Assembly (NCBI GenBank): GCA_965116905.1
Contig: OZ220732.1
Location: forward strand, 800,001-864,000
Direction of reading: 5' to 3'
Source of the DNA: Longimicrobiales bacterium
Lineage (GTDB): Bacteria > Gemmatimonadota > Gemmatimonadetes > Longimicrobiales > Gaopeijiaceae
Length of the DNA: 64,000 bases
Shown here: positions 63,212-64,000 of the stretch, piece by piece
How the letters are laid out: every line of letters starts with the position of its first letter
Numbering within the stretch: the stretch's first letter is position 1
The notes under the pieces: model-generated
Told to the model about the DNA's origin: nothing
The model's input: only the letters and a program-made list of their open reading frames with translations
Databases searched by the model: none
Program-made: the position numbers and the translations under genes

Positions 63212-64000
63212 GCGCGCCTCCGGACCCGTGCTCCCGCCCGTCCAGGAACAGGCGGCCGTACTCGTTGATCTCGGCGTACACGTGGTCGTACAGCGTCGAC
63301 GGGTCCGGCAGCGGCGACGCGTCCGCAAAGTCGGCGGCCTCGTCGCTCAGGGCCCGCGCCTCCGCGTCCAGCGCCTCCAGCTCCTCCTGGGTCAGGAATC
63401 CCGCGTCCATCAGACGGTCTTTCAGGATCTTGATCGGATCCTGCTCCTCGACGTGCGATTCGACCTCTTCCTTCGACCGGTACGTCCCCGAGACCGGATC
63501 CGACATGGAATGGCCCCGGAAACGGTAGGTCAAGGCGTTCACGAATTGCGGGCCTGCCCCCGCGCGGACCCGCTCCGCCAGCTCCCCGAAGAAGCGGTGG
63601 GTCTCGACGACGTCCTGGCCGTTAACGGTGTGCGCCGGAATCCCGTACGCGCCCGACCGGGCCTCCATCTCGGTGGCCGAGACGCGCGAAAAGGCCGTCC
63701 CCATCCCGTAGCCGTTGTTTTCGACGACGTAGATGACCGGCAGGTGCCAGATCGCGGACATGTTCAGCGCTTCGAGGAACGCGCCCTGATTCACCGCGGC
63801 ATCGCCCATGAAGCAGACGCAGATCTGGTCGCCGCCGCGGTACTTGATGGCCCACGCCAGCCCCGCGCCCAGCGGAATCTGTCCCCCGACGATGCCGTGG
63901 CCTCCCCAAAAGCCGAGCGTGGTGTCGAAGAGGTGCATGGAGCCGCCCCGGCCGCCCGAGCAGCCGCCCACCCGCCCATACAGCTCGGCCATCACCGCGC
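63204..64000 (-). CDS. pdhA: Pyruvate dehydrogenase E1 alpha subunit (5' end outside window)
   Basis: GRGGSMH, TPP motif GDAAVNQG...ENN and YRFRGHSMSD. Confidence 0.95.
   Translation of the reverse strand, partial: AVMAELYGRVGGCSGGRGGSMHLFDTTLGFWGGHGIVGGQIPLGAGLAWAIKYRGGDQICVCFMGDAAVNQGAFLEALNMSAIWHLPVIYVVENNGYGMGTAFSRVSATEMEARSGAYGIPAHTVNGQDVVETHRFFGELAERVRAGAGPQFVNALTYRFRGHSMSDPVSGTYRSKEEVESHVEEQDPIKILKDRLMDAGFLTQEELEALDAEARALSDEAADFADASPLPDPSTLYDHVYAEINEYGRLFLDGREHGSGGAHG

Overview
High-GC bacterial chromosome segment, probably Gemmatimonadota. This is inferred from the Ig-like (Big_2) lipoprotein, the six-bladed beta-propeller and VPS10/BNR proteins and the general gene set. It has two parts. 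(1) Positions 1 to about 11.3 kb form a defence island with four modules: the 3' end of a DUF262-like gene coupled to a MAE_28990-type HEPN nuclease; a four-gene operon encoding a small helical protein, a QueC/QatC-like PP-loop enzyme, an XRE-HTH/ImmA-IrrE metallopeptidase fusion and a PIN nuclease, behind a near-consensus sigma70 promoter overlapped by palindromic boxes; a 1483-aa Type ISP-like restriction-modification fusion; and an ABC-type ATPase + DUF3226/TOPRIM-like pair. The QueC-like operon matches neither QatABCD nor type IV CBASS and is the best candidate here for an undescribed system. (2) From about 11.6 kb to 64 kb the genes are mostly core or metabolic. They include a VPS10-like protein, a decayed DUF433/PIN toxin-antitoxin pair, secreted beta-propellers, qor, ETF-QO, an AAA/VWA pair split by an antisense mutY, a TRAP/TAXI transporter, a GspE/PilB ATPase, OSBS/NAAAR, glcDEF, several peptidases, ispH and the pdhABC-lpdA cluster (pdhA cut by the window end). 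Short tandem micro-duplications are common at gene ends. I recognised no rRNA, tRNA, CRISPR array, integrase or transposase. All family calls come from reading motifs by eye, not from database searches.
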